Origin: Bacteroidota bacterium
GTDB taxonomy: Bacteria; Bacteroidota; Bacteroidia; UKL13-3
Reading direction: 5' to 3'
Assembly: GCA_040387195.1 (NCBI GenBank)
Contig: JAZKEF010000011.1
Span: 172,077-236,076, forward strand
Length of the DNA stretch: 64,000 bases
Position 1 is the first letter of the stretch. Each line of letters starts with the position of its first letter. This document shows positions 27,175-36,229 of the stretch, piece after piece. The translations under genes and the position numbers were made by a program. The notes under the pieces were generated by a model that was given only the letters and a program-made list of their open reading frames with translations, had not been told where the DNA came from and did no database searches.

Positions 27175-28398
27175 ATGCAATCCGAACAGTACACCAAACC
27201 GGTTTACATTTTTTTTCTTATGCTACCTACTGGCATCAGCAGCGGATTTGTTACCGTTGTGTTGCCCTATTTACTTACCCAAAACAATTTTCCTGTTTCG
27301 GTAACCGCAGGGATTGTCGCCTTTGGTGTTTCGGCCAACCTGTGGCGATTTTTATGGGGCCCTATCGTTGATATATCACTCAACTTGAAAAAATGGTATT
27401 GGATTGGGTTGCTCACCAGCATCGTTTCATTGCTTGTACTTTGTTTTACTCCGTTCACAACGGAGGGTGCTTCATTGTTGTCGGTTATCGTTTTTATTTC
27501 ACAGGTGGCCGCCACATTTATTGTTTTGCCGGTGAATGGTTTTATGGCCAAGAGTATTGAGGAAACAAAAAAAGGGAAAGCATCAGGCTGGTATCAAGCC
27601 GGGAGCTTAGCCGGTACAGGTTTAGGAGGTGGTGTAGGTTTATGGTTGGCAACACAATTCAATGTGGGTATTGCCGGTGCAGTAATGTGTGCTATGTCTT
27701 TATTGTTTGCATGGGTCATTGTATTTGTTCAAAACATTCCACGCCATGTACAGGAAATTACAATCCTGGAGGAAGTAAAAGGAATAGGCAGGGATATTTT
27801 GGAGTTGATTAAAGTACCGGTTGCATTGTTTGTCATTATCCTGATCATGATGCCTATTGGAACCGGAGCAGCAGGGAATTTATGGTCGGCCATTGCCCTC
27901 GATTGGCACACAGGCGCTGATACTGTCATTCTTGTTACCGGTTTATTAAGTGGTGGTGTAAGTGCCATGGGTTGCCTTGCAGGCGGATTGATGGCCGACA
28001 GGTGGGGTGTATGGGTAGCTTATTTCGGAAGTGGTATAGCCTGTGCGTGTGTTGCGTTTACGATGGCTGTAATGCCAATGGTACCCGAAGTGTACGTTGG
28101 GGGAGTATTATGCTATGCATTTGTGATGGGAATGGCTTATGCGGCATTTACAGCTACAGTTCTTTTTGCTATCGGTAAACACAATGTTGCTACAAAGTTT
28201 TCACTGCTGGCTTCATTAGGTAATTTACCTGTAGTATACATGACAACGATTAACGGATGGGTACACGATCAATACAGCAGCAAGCTGATGCTGATTGGCG
28301 AGGCAGCAATAGGAGCGTTATGTGTATGCCTGCTCTGGCTTGTTCTGAAATGGTTGAAACACCAGAGGTTTATTCAGAGCGATAAAGTAAATACATGA
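27175..28398 (+). CDS. MFS transporter, AmpG (muropeptide permease)-like family.
   Basis: About 12 TM helices. ...ANLWRFLWGPIVD... matches the AmpG K/RFLWxPxxD motif. Start trimmed to M31 of the track ORF. Confidence 0.55.
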   Translation: MQSEQYTKPVYIFFLMLPTGISSGFVTVVLPYLLTQNNFPVSVTAGIVAFGVSANLWRFLWGPIVDISLNLKKWYWIGLLTSIVSLLVLCFTPFTTEGASLLSVIVFISQVAATFIVLPVNGFMAKSIEETKKGKASGWYQAGSLAGTGLGGGVGLWLATQFNVGIAGAVMCAMSLLFAWVIVFVQNIPRHVQEITILEEVKGIGRDILELIKVPVALFVIILIMMPIGTGAAGNLWSAIALDWHTGADTVILVTGLLSGGVSAMGCLAGGLMADRWGVWVAYFGSGIACACVAFTMAVMPMVPEVYVGGVLCYAFVMGMAYAAFTATVLFAIGKHNVATKFSLLASLGNLPVVYMTTINGWVHDQYSSKLMLIGEAAIGALCVCLLWLVLKWLKHQRFIQSDKVNT

Positions 28399-28670
28399 TG
28401 AACCTTTTTTCGTTACATATGTATTTTTAACATTCACTTGCAACTTAATTTATTAGTATAAAACCACTCAATATCCATGATGTTTAAAGCAGTTAAAATT
28501 AGCGCCATCATCCTCATTATTCTTGTTATCGCCTGATTGTGTTATCTAACAAAGCCATATAACAAGCCTAGGTGGCTGTCGCGGTTGATGAGAACCCAAT
28601 CCTGAAAAGAATAAATGCGTAAACGAATGAAGATATTGCACTATTGAATTGAAAACGATACCTTTACCAT

Positions 28671-29498
28671 ATGTTGAAAAGAACTATATATATCATTGTT
28701 GCCATTACCTTTGGTGTGGTATTGCTCGAATCCTTTATGCTTAAACGTCCGGATGGAACAGTTCCGGGCCATACCGGTTCTCCGGGAGATTCATTGAAAA
28801 ACTGTACGGTTTGCCATGGAGGATTGGCTACCCCAATTGATGGATGGATTACGTCCGATATTCCCGCTTCAGGATATGTACCGGGTGTTACATATACGAT
28901 TACGGCAACGAACACAGAAGCGGAAGGTACCCGGTTTGGTTTTCAGGTTTCACCGCAAAATATACAGGGTGATTTACTGGGAACCATTATAGTTTCGGAT
29001 ACGGTGAAAACTCAATTGGTAGGCAATGGAAAGTATATTACGTACACAAGCAACGGTGTTGATGGTGCCGGTTTTAATACCTGGGTGTTCAAGTGGAAAG
29101 CACCTGTTGGCGGAACCGGAAAAGTAGTGTTCTACGGAGCATTTAATTCCAACTTTAACGGACATAAAGATGGCGATAAAACATTCCTCTCCACATTAAC
29201 GGTGAATGAAGCGGGTACAACCGGTTTACAATCGTTCTCTTCCGATGATACACCTTTTGTATTGTACCCACAACCTGCATCCGAAAGGGTGTTTGTTAAT
29301 ATCGGCACAACCTATTCAGGTAAACCATCCATCCGTTTAATGGACATCAATGGCAAAACGGTATCTGAACTTGTAGCGGATGAAACAGCCAACGGAATAC
29401 TGAGCTTATCGCTTACAGATATTCCGCGGGGAATCTATTTTATGGAGTTGCAGATAGACGGAAAACAGGAAGCTGTGAGAAAGTTGATGGTGAATTAA
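28671..29498 (+). CDS. T9SS type A cargo protein with a single N-terminal CxxCH haem-binding motif and a beta-sandwich body.
   Basis: N-terminal anchor/signal. GHTGSPGDSLKNCTVCHGG. CTD ...LYPQPASERVFVNIGTTYSGKPSIRLMDINGKTV...GIYFMELQIDGKQEAVRKLMVN. Confidence 0.65.
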   Translation: MLKRTIYIIVAITFGVVLLESFMLKRPDGTVPGHTGSPGDSLKNCTVCHGGLATPIDGWITSDIPASGYVPGVTYTITATNTEAEGTRFGFQVSPQNIQGDLLGTIIVSDTVKTQLVGNGKYITYTSNGVDGAGFNTWVFKWKAPVGGTGKVVFYGAFNSNFNGHKDGDKTFLSTLTVNEAGTTGLQSFSSDDTPFVLYPQPASERVFVNIGTTYSGKPSIRLMDINGKTVSELVADETANGILSLSLTDIPRGIYFMELQIDGKQEAVRKLMVN

Positions 29499-29536
29499 CA
29501 CAACCGTATAACATTCAAATCCTAAATCTCACATTC

Positions 29537-29553
29537 TTTATAACTTCTTTATA
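29537..29553 (+). promoter_or_regulatory. Candidate KdpE operator upstream of the kdpD-like kinase. Hexamer direct repeats have 11-bp periodicity: TTTATA-ACTTC-TTTATA.
   Basis: E. coli KdpE binds TTTATA-N5-TTTACA direct repeats. An almost identical box recurs at 31351-31367, in front of kup. Confidence 0.45.
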
Positions 29554-29591
29554 CCCGAATCTTTACCTTCGTTTAGCAGATACATACACCA

Positions 29592-30671
29592 TTGAAACTG
29601 TTGAACACACGCAAATATCCCTTGGCACTGCAGTATGGCATTGGCATAGGTTTGGTGTTGTTTGTAGCAACGGCCTGCTTTTACACAGCTGATTATATCG
29701 GGTACCGGATTGTTGCACTCATATTGCTTATGACCGTTTCGTTAGTGGCAATGTTGTTTGAGATCTTACCGGTATTACTTACTGCAGTGCTGAGTGCGGT
29801 TACCTGGAATTTCTTTTTTATTCCACCCATTTTTACATTCCATATTTCCAATGCCGAGGATGTATTGATGTTTTTACTTTACTTTTCGATTGCTTTGGTG
29901 AATGCGGTATTAACATTTAAGATCCGCAAAGAGGAAAGCAGGGCAAGGGATCAGGAAGAAAAGGAAAACACCATCCGGCTTTACAATACCCTGTTGAATT
30001 CATTGTCGCATGAATTGCGTACACCCATATCAACCATACTGGGAGCTGTAGATACCCTGAAAGAAAACAATGTCCGCTTAACTGCCGTTCAGCAATCGGA
30101 ATTGCTCACCGAAATAGATACGGCAAGTATCCGGCTCAACAGGCAGGTTGAAAACCTCTTGAACATGAGCAGGCTGGAAAGTGGTATGTTAAAACCTAAG
30201 TTTGATTGGTGTGATCTGAATGAATTGATTCACTCGGTGGTGCAAAAAATGGATACCGGAAAATATCATTCAATTGTGTTTGATCCAGCAGAAACATTGC
30301 CGTTAATTAAAACGGATGAAGGCTTGGCAGAACAGATTTTACATAATTTATTGCACAACGCCATTCAATATACCCCCCATCATTCTATTATTACCATCGC
30401 GGCCGTACACCACAATGAAACATTTGTGTTAACGGTTTCGGACAATGGAATGGGTTTTCCCCAAACAGAAATGGCTGCGGCTTTTGATAAGTTTTACCGG
30501 TTACCCAATAGCAAAACGGGTGGTAGCGGATTGGGTTTATCCATTGTGAAGGGTTTTGTTGAAGCCTTAAATGGAACAGTTCGCTTGCAAAACAATCAGA
30601 GTGGTGGAGCCTGTTTTACGGTTGAAATTCCGGTTGAAGCATCATACATTCATAACCTCAAAAATGAATAA
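29592..30671 (+). CDS. kdpD: Sensor histidine kinase KdpD, C-terminal module only (DUF4118 4-TM domain, HisKA, HATPase). It lacks the KdpD N-terminal sensor and Usp domains.
   Basis: WNFFFIPP (E. coli FNFFFTEP) in TM3. H-box LSHELRTPIS. C-terminus ...SGGACFTVEIP (E. coli GGACFRVTLP). TTG start at 29592. Confidence 0.8.
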   Translation: MKLLNTRKYPLALQYGIGIGLVLFVATACFYTADYIGYRIVALILLMTVSLVAMLFEILPVLLTAVLSAVTWNFFFIPPIFTFHISNAEDVLMFLLYFSIALVNAVLTFKIRKEESRARDQEEKENTIRLYNTLLNSLSHELRTPISTILGAVDTLKENNVRLTAVQQSELLTEIDTASIRLNRQVENLLNMSRLESGMLKPKFDWCDLNELIHSVVQKMDTGKYHSIVFDPAETLPLIKTDEGLAEQILHNLLHNAIQYTPHHSIITIAAVHHNETFVLTVSDNGMGFPQTEMAAAFDKFYRLPNSKTGGSGLGLSIVKGFVEALNGTVRLQNNQSGGACFTVEIPVEASYIHNLKNE

Positions 30672-31341
30672 GGCCGAAATATTAATTATTGATGACGAGC
30701 CGCAAATCAGAAAGTTGCTCGAAATAACGCTGGAAAGCCATGATTATAAAGTGTGGCAATCCGAAAGCGGAAAGGAAGGCATCGTTATGGCTGCCAATCA
30801 TCCTCCGGAATTGATTTTGCTCGACATTGGCTTACCCGATAAAAGTGGACATGAGGTACTGAAAGAACTGCGTACCTGGTACAACAAATCCATTATCATC
30901 TTATCTGTGCTCAATAATGAGTCTGATATTGTAACGGCACTGGATAGTGGTGCCACCGATTATCTTACCAAACCTTTCAGATCGGCTGAATTGCTGGCAC
31001 GCATCCGTGCAGCCATCCGCAGGAACCAAACACCCAACAATGGCACAAGCATTGTATGCGGTGAATTGCTGATTGAGTTAACAGCACGTATAGTTAAAAA
31101 GAATAATGAAGTGATTAAACTCACCAATACAGAATTTAACCTGATTTCCCTCTTTGCGCAAAACGAAGGCAGGGTATTGACGCATCAGTTTATCCTTCGC
31201 GAAATATGGGGTGTAGGAGCACAAACTGAAACGCAATATTTACGTGTTTTCGTGGGAACCCTTCGGAAAAAAATTGAAGATGATTCCAATCATCCCAAAC
31301 ATATCATTACCGAAAGTGGGGTAGGGTACCGCTTTACCTGA
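30664..31341 (+). CDS. kdpE: OmpR-family response regulator KdpE.
   Basis: Colinear with E. coli KdpE (LRTWYNKSIIILSVLNNESDIVTALDSGATDYLTKPF versus [37 protein letters not shown]). Winged-helix C-terminus. ATGAATAA overlap with the kdpD stop. Confidence 0.85.
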   Translation: MNKAEILIIDDEPQIRKLLEITLESHDYKVWQSESGKEGIVMAANHPPELILLDIGLPDKSGHEVLKELRTWYNKSIIILSVLNNESDIVTALDSGATDYLTKPFRSAELLARIRAAIRRNQTPNNGTSIVCGELLIELTARIVKKNNEVIKLTNTEFNLISLFAQNEGRVLTHQFILREIWGVGAQTETQYLRVFVGTLRKKIEDDSNHPKHIITESGVGYRFT

Positions 31342-31350
31342 TATCCCATT

Positions 31351-31367
31351 TTTATAATTTCTTTATA
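31351..31367 (+). promoter_or_regulatory. Second candidate KdpE operator, TTTATA-ATTTC-TTTATA. It lies 10 nt after the kdpE stop and about 70 nt upstream of the kup ATG.
   Basis: Same hexamer, spacer and hexamer architecture as 29537-29553. Followed by CAAACCCCG, reminiscent of the CACCCCG that follows the E. coli site. Confidence 0.45.
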
Positions 31368-31436
31368 CAAACCCCGTATAGTTTTATAACCTGCCAATAA
31401 CATCTGTTGCAACTTTGTATCATCAAAAAAGGATGC

Positions 31437-33413
31437 ATGGAAACCAATCACACAGGTGTTAAAAACAAAGTAACAGCGGCATCACTCTTAATTGCACTTG
31501 GAATAATATATGGTGATATCGGAACCAGTCCTCTTTATGTACTGAAGGCAATCATTGGTGACAGGCCCATAAGCGCAATGCTTGTGTATGGTGGCATTTC
31601 CTGTATTTTTTGGACTATTACCTTTCAAACCACTTTCAAATACATTTACCTTACACTTAAAGCTGATAACAATGGCGAAGGAGGTATCTTTTCATTGTAT
31701 GCTCTGGTAAGAAGGTACGGTAAATACCTTGTGATTCCTACTATTCTCGGTGCATCAGCATTATTGGCCGATGGTATCATCACACCTCCGATCTCGGTTT
31801 CTTCGGCAGTTGAAGGCTTAACCAATATCAAAGGGTTGGAACATATTCCTACCATACCTATTGTGATTGCTATTTTATCGGGACTGTTTTTTTTTCAACG
31901 GTTTGGAACCCATAAAGTGGGAACAGTTTTTGGCCCAGCCATGTTGTTGTGGTTTGCCATGCTGGCTATATTGGGCAGCATTCAAATTGTGCAACATCCC
32001 GATATCTTAAAAGCACTCAATCCAACTTATGCCTATCATTTTTTATCAGAATATCCTGGAGGGTTTGTATTACTGGGAGCAGTTTTTTTAGCAACAACCG
32101 GTGCTGAAGCATTATACTCCGATCTGGGTCACTGTGGCCGGAAAAATATCCGCATTACCTGGGGATTGGTGAAAACCTGTTTGTTGCTGAACTACATGGG
32201 GCAGGCAGCCTGGCTTATGAATATGGGGGCAGATCATTTACCTGCCGGACATAATCCGTTTTTTGACATCATGCCGCAATGGTTTTTAATTCCGGGAATT
32301 GCCATTGCCACCTTTGCTGCCATCATTGCTTCGCAGGCATTGATCAGCGGGAGTTACACGCTCATCAACGAAGCCATGAACATGAATTTTTGGCCGCGTG
32401 TTGCAGTTAGACAACCTTCGGAAACCAAAGGACAGATTTATATTCCAAGTGTAAATATCATTCTTTGGATAGGATGTGTACTGATGGTATTGCATTTTGA
32501 AAATTCGTCAAACATGGAAGCGGCTTATGGATTAGCCATTACGCTTACCATGATGGTAACAACATACCTGCTGTTTTATTTTCTGCTGTTTAAACTCAAG
32601 TGGAACAAAGCACTGGTGTACATATTGCTGTTGCTATTTGCCAGCATAGAGGTGTCGTTTTTTATCGCCAACATTCAAAAATTTCCCGAAGGCGGTTACA
32701 TCACCATTGTTATTGCCGGCATCTTCATCTTTATCATGTATTCGGTATACTCCGGACGTAAAATCAGCAACCGTTTTACCAAATTTGTTGATCTCGGACA
32801 ATATGTAAACAGTATTAAGGAATTGAGTGGGGACGATGCAATCGGGAAATTCTCCACACACCTGGTTTACCTTACCAAAGCCAATAACCGCCATGAGATA
32901 GAGGAGAAAATAATCAAATCCATTTTGGCGAAAACCCCCAAACGTGCAGATGTTTATTGGTTTGTTCATATCCACCGTACCAATGAACCTTACACACTTT
33001 CTTATGATGTGTCGGAACTGGTGGAAGATAAAATCATCAAGGTAAATGTGAACGTGGGATTCAGGGTACAGCCGAGAACAGAATTATACTTCAAAAAAAT
33101 TGTGCATGAGTTGATGGTTAACCAGGAGTTGAACCTGCATGTTCGTCCAGATGGTTCTACCAAATACAATAATGAACCCGACTTTAAATTTGTGGTCATC
33201 GAAAAATTCCTATCTGTAGAAAACGAATTTACCTTAAGGGAAGGGATTTTATTGAACACATTCTTTTGGTTGAAACAAGTGAGTTTAAGTGATGAAAAAG
33301 CGTTTGGGCTTGATAAATGTGATGTAGTGATTGAACATGTTCCACTTGTTTACCAGCCTGTAACATATATTGAACTTAAACGCGAAAATCCTGTTTCTAT
33401 CCGTAATGAATAA
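31437..33413 (+). CDS. kup: Kup/HAK/KT family potassium uptake transporter.
   Basis: IYGDIGTSPLYV signature, about 12 TM helices and a C-terminal cytoplasmic domain. The ATG at 31437 is preferred over the track TTG at 31407. Confidence 0.9.
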   Translation: METNHTGVKNKVTAASLLIALGIIYGDIGTSPLYVLKAIIGDRPISAMLVYGGISCIFWTITFQTTFKYIYLTLKADNNGEGGIFSLYALVRRYGKYLVIPTILGASALLADGIITPPISVSSAVEGLTNIKGLEHIPTIPIVIAILSGLFFFQRFGTHKVGTVFGPAMLLWFAMLAILGSIQIVQHPDILKALNPTYAYHFLSEYPGGFVLLGAVFLATTGAEALYSDLGHCGRKNIRITWGLVKTCLLLNYMGQAAWLMNMGADHLPAGHNPFFDIMPQWFLIPGIAIATFAAIIASQALISGSYTLINEAMNMNFWPRVAVRQPSETKGQIYIPSVNIILWIGCVLMVLHFENSSNMEAAYGLAITLTMMVTTYLLFYFLLFKLKWNKALVYILLLLFASIEVSFFIANIQKFPEGGYITIVIAGIFIFIMYSVYSGRKISNRFTKFVDLGQYVNSIKELSGDDAIGKFSTHLVYLTKANNRHEIEEKIIKSILAKTPKRADVYWFVHIHRTNEPYTLSYDVSELVEDKIIKVNVNVGFRVQPRTELYFKKIVHELMVNQELNLHVRPDGSTKYNNEPDFKFVVIEKFLSVENEFTLREGILLNTFFWLKQVSLSDEKAFGLDKCDVVIEHVPLVYQPVTYIELKRENPVSIRNE

Positions 33414-33524
33414 TGGGATTACCCTATATTTAGATAAAGGCTTTTTTAGGAAGGTAGTCCATTCCTGTATACAAAAAATAACAATTGAGGAGGGAAATAA
33501 TTACCTTCTATTAACAAAAAATAT

Positions 33525-34916
33525 ATGAAACAACTTGTAACAATTGCTTTGGCATTGATAGTGTATGGTGCATCGGCCCAAACTGAATGGCCCTCGGAAA
33601 ACAAACCGAAAGACAGCGTGACCAGTTCGCATGAACCGTTTGGGGGTATTGATATGACCTGGCATAACGGGGGTGACCGTAGGGAGAAAAATATCTGGAC
33701 CATATCTCCCTATTTTACACCCAGTATTTTAGTTGATGTAAATTACACCTACTCATTTCACAATCCAAATGACAATACGGTTGTTGGATCAACAGCACTT
33801 TCCCGCAACAACGAAGTCCAACTTTCGGCATTACATGTTGGAGGCGACTTTCAGTATGAGGGAGCGAGGGCAAGATTTATGACACAGTTTGGAACACGCT
33901 CCATAGTTGTACCACGCAATGATTACAGTGTTTACCGCGGGCAATATCAATTGGCAGATGCTTACCGTTACTTAAGTGAAGCGTATGCGGGATATCATAT
34001 CAATAAGTGGTATGGCATCAATATCGATGCAGGCTTGTTTATGTCTTATATCGGATTGAACTCCTTTTACCAGGCCGAAAACTGGGAATACCAGGCATCC
34101 TTTACTTCCGATAATACTCCCTGGTTTTTCAACGGATTACGCGTTCAACTTTATCCATCCAAATACCTGAAAATAGAACCCTGGATTATCAATGGTTGGC
34201 AGAGTTATGGCAAATTTAACAGCATGCCGGGTTTTGGTGGTAACATCACCTGGGTGCCCAACAGCAACCTGAAACTGCTCACCAATAACTATTATGGATC
34301 AGATGCTGCCGGTATTCCAAATCGCAAAAGATTTCATTCCGACAATAGTTTACTTGTAAGGTATTATAACAATCCCGAAGCATCAGGAATAACCAAAATG
34401 GCTTGCTCCCTAACCGGAGATATAGGTTTCGAAAAGGGGGGAGGAGTGAATGGATTTAGTGATGGAGGAAGCTCAAAAGGCCCTGCACAATATTTTGCAA
34501 GTGCTATGTTTTATAACAGAATCTGGTTTGCCAAAAATAAATTTGCATGGACTGTTGGTGGAGGTATGATGACCAATCCCGGTCGTTACCTGGTATTGTA
34601 TCCAACAGGACAGGCAAGTCCCTTACCCAATCCGCTGAATCCAACACAAACAGCTGGAACATTTCCTTTCAGTGCAAATCCGGGCGACCCGTTTGATGCA
34701 TGGGATTGTTCCACCAATATTGATTTTATGCCTAACCAAAGCATTACTTTCAGGCTTGAATGTGTTTACCGCAATGCATCCGTTCCTTATTTTGCAGGGC
34801 CCAATGGGGTAACATCTCAAACAGGTTATACAACCTCTACACTGGATCCCGCCTGGCGCCCCGATTTGGTCAAATCAGAAACAAGGGTGTTACTGGCAAT
34901 GTTGTTCCGCATGTAA
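33525..34916 (+). CDS. Outer-membrane beta-barrel, putative porin.
   Basis: Signal peptide MKQLVTIALALIVYGASAQ. Alternating aromatic/Gly-rich amphipathic strands throughout. 463 aa. Confidence 0.55.
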   Translation: MKQLVTIALALIVYGASAQTEWPSENKPKDSVTSSHEPFGGIDMTWHNGGDRREKNIWTISPYFTPSILVDVNYTYSFHNPNDNTVVGSTALSRNNEVQLSALHVGGDFQYEGARARFMTQFGTRSIVVPRNDYSVYRGQYQLADAYRYLSEAYAGYHINKWYGINIDAGLFMSYIGLNSFYQAENWEYQASFTSDNTPWFFNGLRVQLYPSKYLKIEPWIINGWQSYGKFNSMPGFGGNITWVPNSNLKLLTNNYYGSDAAGIPNRKRFHSDNSLLVRYYNNPEASGITKMACSLTGDIGFEKGGGVNGFSDGGSSKGPAQYFASAMFYNRIWFAKNKFAWTVGGGMMTNPGRYLVLYPTGQASPLPNPLNPTQTAGTFPFSANPGDPFDAWDCSTNIDFMPNQSITFRLECVYRNASVPYFAGPNGVTSQTGYTTSTLDPAWRPDLVKSETRVLLAMLFRM

Positions 34917-35012
34917 ATTGAAAAAACGAAAATGAAAGTATGCAATAAATGAATCAGTTAGATTTCTCTCCTCCCAATTTGCAATTCTTAAATCACACAT
35001 CTCAAATGGTAT

Positions 35013-36074
35013 TTACTGTTCTTCCTTATAGTAAATCTTATAAAACTTACGTCCGTCTGAATCTTCGCCACGCTCTATGAGTTCAGTGTTTCCGTGGATG
35101 TAGATGTGGAAATTTTTATCGAGTTTTAGTACGCTTTTAAATACGCGGGCCTGTTTTTTTACTGCATTGGTGGAGATATCAAAATTGCCACTCAGCGACA
35201 TATCGGCATCGTGGATCATCTCATCCTTAAACTTGTTGAAGGAGTCAATTACTTTATCATCACCAAAAATAGATTGGGTAAAATCTTTTTCGTTGAAGCG
35301 TTCGTTTTCTTTAAAATAGTCTACCGATTTGTTGAGTAGATCAATTTGATCGGCTTTGTTTACTTCAAACTCCTTATCGAGCTGGGAGGTTACAAATGCT
35401 TTGGTTACGGTAAGGAAATTATTGGTAAAATGGTAACTGTCGGCACAGGCTGTTACTTTGAGGAAATCATCTTTCCAAAACTGTGCATCGGCACCGCGAC
35501 TGGTTTTATCAACGGTACACACCTTAAAGCCACTTTCCTTATTCAGGTTAAATACCAGGCAACCTTTATCGAGCGTATCTATGTTTATTCCTCTTTCAAA
35601 ACCAACCTTATAGTGTTTGCCTTTACGTTCACTTACAATAAACGGGTCTTTTTGCTCCGACTTAAAAATACCTATGGCATCGGCAATTACACCATCTACC
35701 AAACAATGTTCGATATAGGCTACATACAAATCGCCCGATTTAATATTGGGGTGTTGGGTAGCCTCAAATAAATGTTTTGCAATGTTGATGCTGTTAATGT
35801 GAAAGGCTGTAGGGTGTTCGAAAATCTCATTCACGAACTGAAATACCGGATTTAGTTCAGCATTATCGGTACTCGAGGTAAACTCATAAAATACAGGTGC
35901 ACTGAAAGGTTTCAGAAAATAATGATTAAGGGCCTCAATCAAATCCTCATCCTCAATGGCCAAAGGTTCAGTTGTGGCATATAATTGTTCGCCATTATTT
36001 TTATTGCCTACTTCGTGAACGGATACGTGGCTGATGCTGCTGGTTGAAAAATCAATACTCATGTTGGCCGGCAA
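35013..36074 (-). CDS. Nucleoid-associated protein, NdpA/YejK-like (PF04245). Tentative.
   Basis: 353 aa cytoplasmic protein. N-terminal SISHVSVHEVGNK echoes the YejK IALHQL start. Size and charge distribution fit. Assignment is from memory of the family, not a computed alignment. Confidence 0.4.
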   Translation of the reverse strand: MPANMSIDFSTSSISHVSVHEVGNKNNGEQLYATTEPLAIEDEDLIEALNHYFLKPFSAPVFYEFTSSTDNAELNPVFQFVNEIFEHPTAFHINSINIAKHLFEATQHPNIKSGDLYVAYIEHCLVDGVIADAIGIFKSEQKDPFIVSERKGKHYKVGFERGINIDTLDKGCLVFNLNKESGFKVCTVDKTSRGADAQFWKDDFLKVTACADSYHFTNNFLTVTKAFVTSQLDKEFEVNKADQIDLLNKSVDYFKENERFNEKDFTQSIFGDDKVIDSFNKFKDEMIHDADMSLSGNFDISTNAVKKQARVFKSVLKLDKNFHIYIHGNTELIERGEDSDGRKFYKIYYKEEQ

Positions 36075-36157
36075 GATAGTTAAGGATTTGAGAATTGAGA
36101 ATTACGAATTCGGAATTTGATATTTAAGAATTTTGAATACTCAATTCCATATGTTTT

Positions 36158-36193
36158 ATTAACAAAACAGGCCGCAATCCTGAGATTGCAGCC
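36158..36193 (-). terminator. Rho-independent terminator of the CHRD gene.
   Basis: On the minus strand: GGCTGCAATC-tcag-GATTGCGGCC (10-bp stem, one G.U) followed by tgttttgtt. Confidence 0.65.
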
Positions 36194-36229
36194 TGTGAAT
36201 CATTAACTTAATAAACCTCTATGAAAAAA

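Noticed and set aside
29537-29553. Alternative reading of the TTTATA-N5-TTTATA boxes as ordinary Bacteroidota sigma-A promoter elements.
   Set aside because: Not fully rejected. They do not fit the TTTG / TAnnTTTG consensus well, and they recur specifically at the two K+ genes. A genome-wide count is needed.
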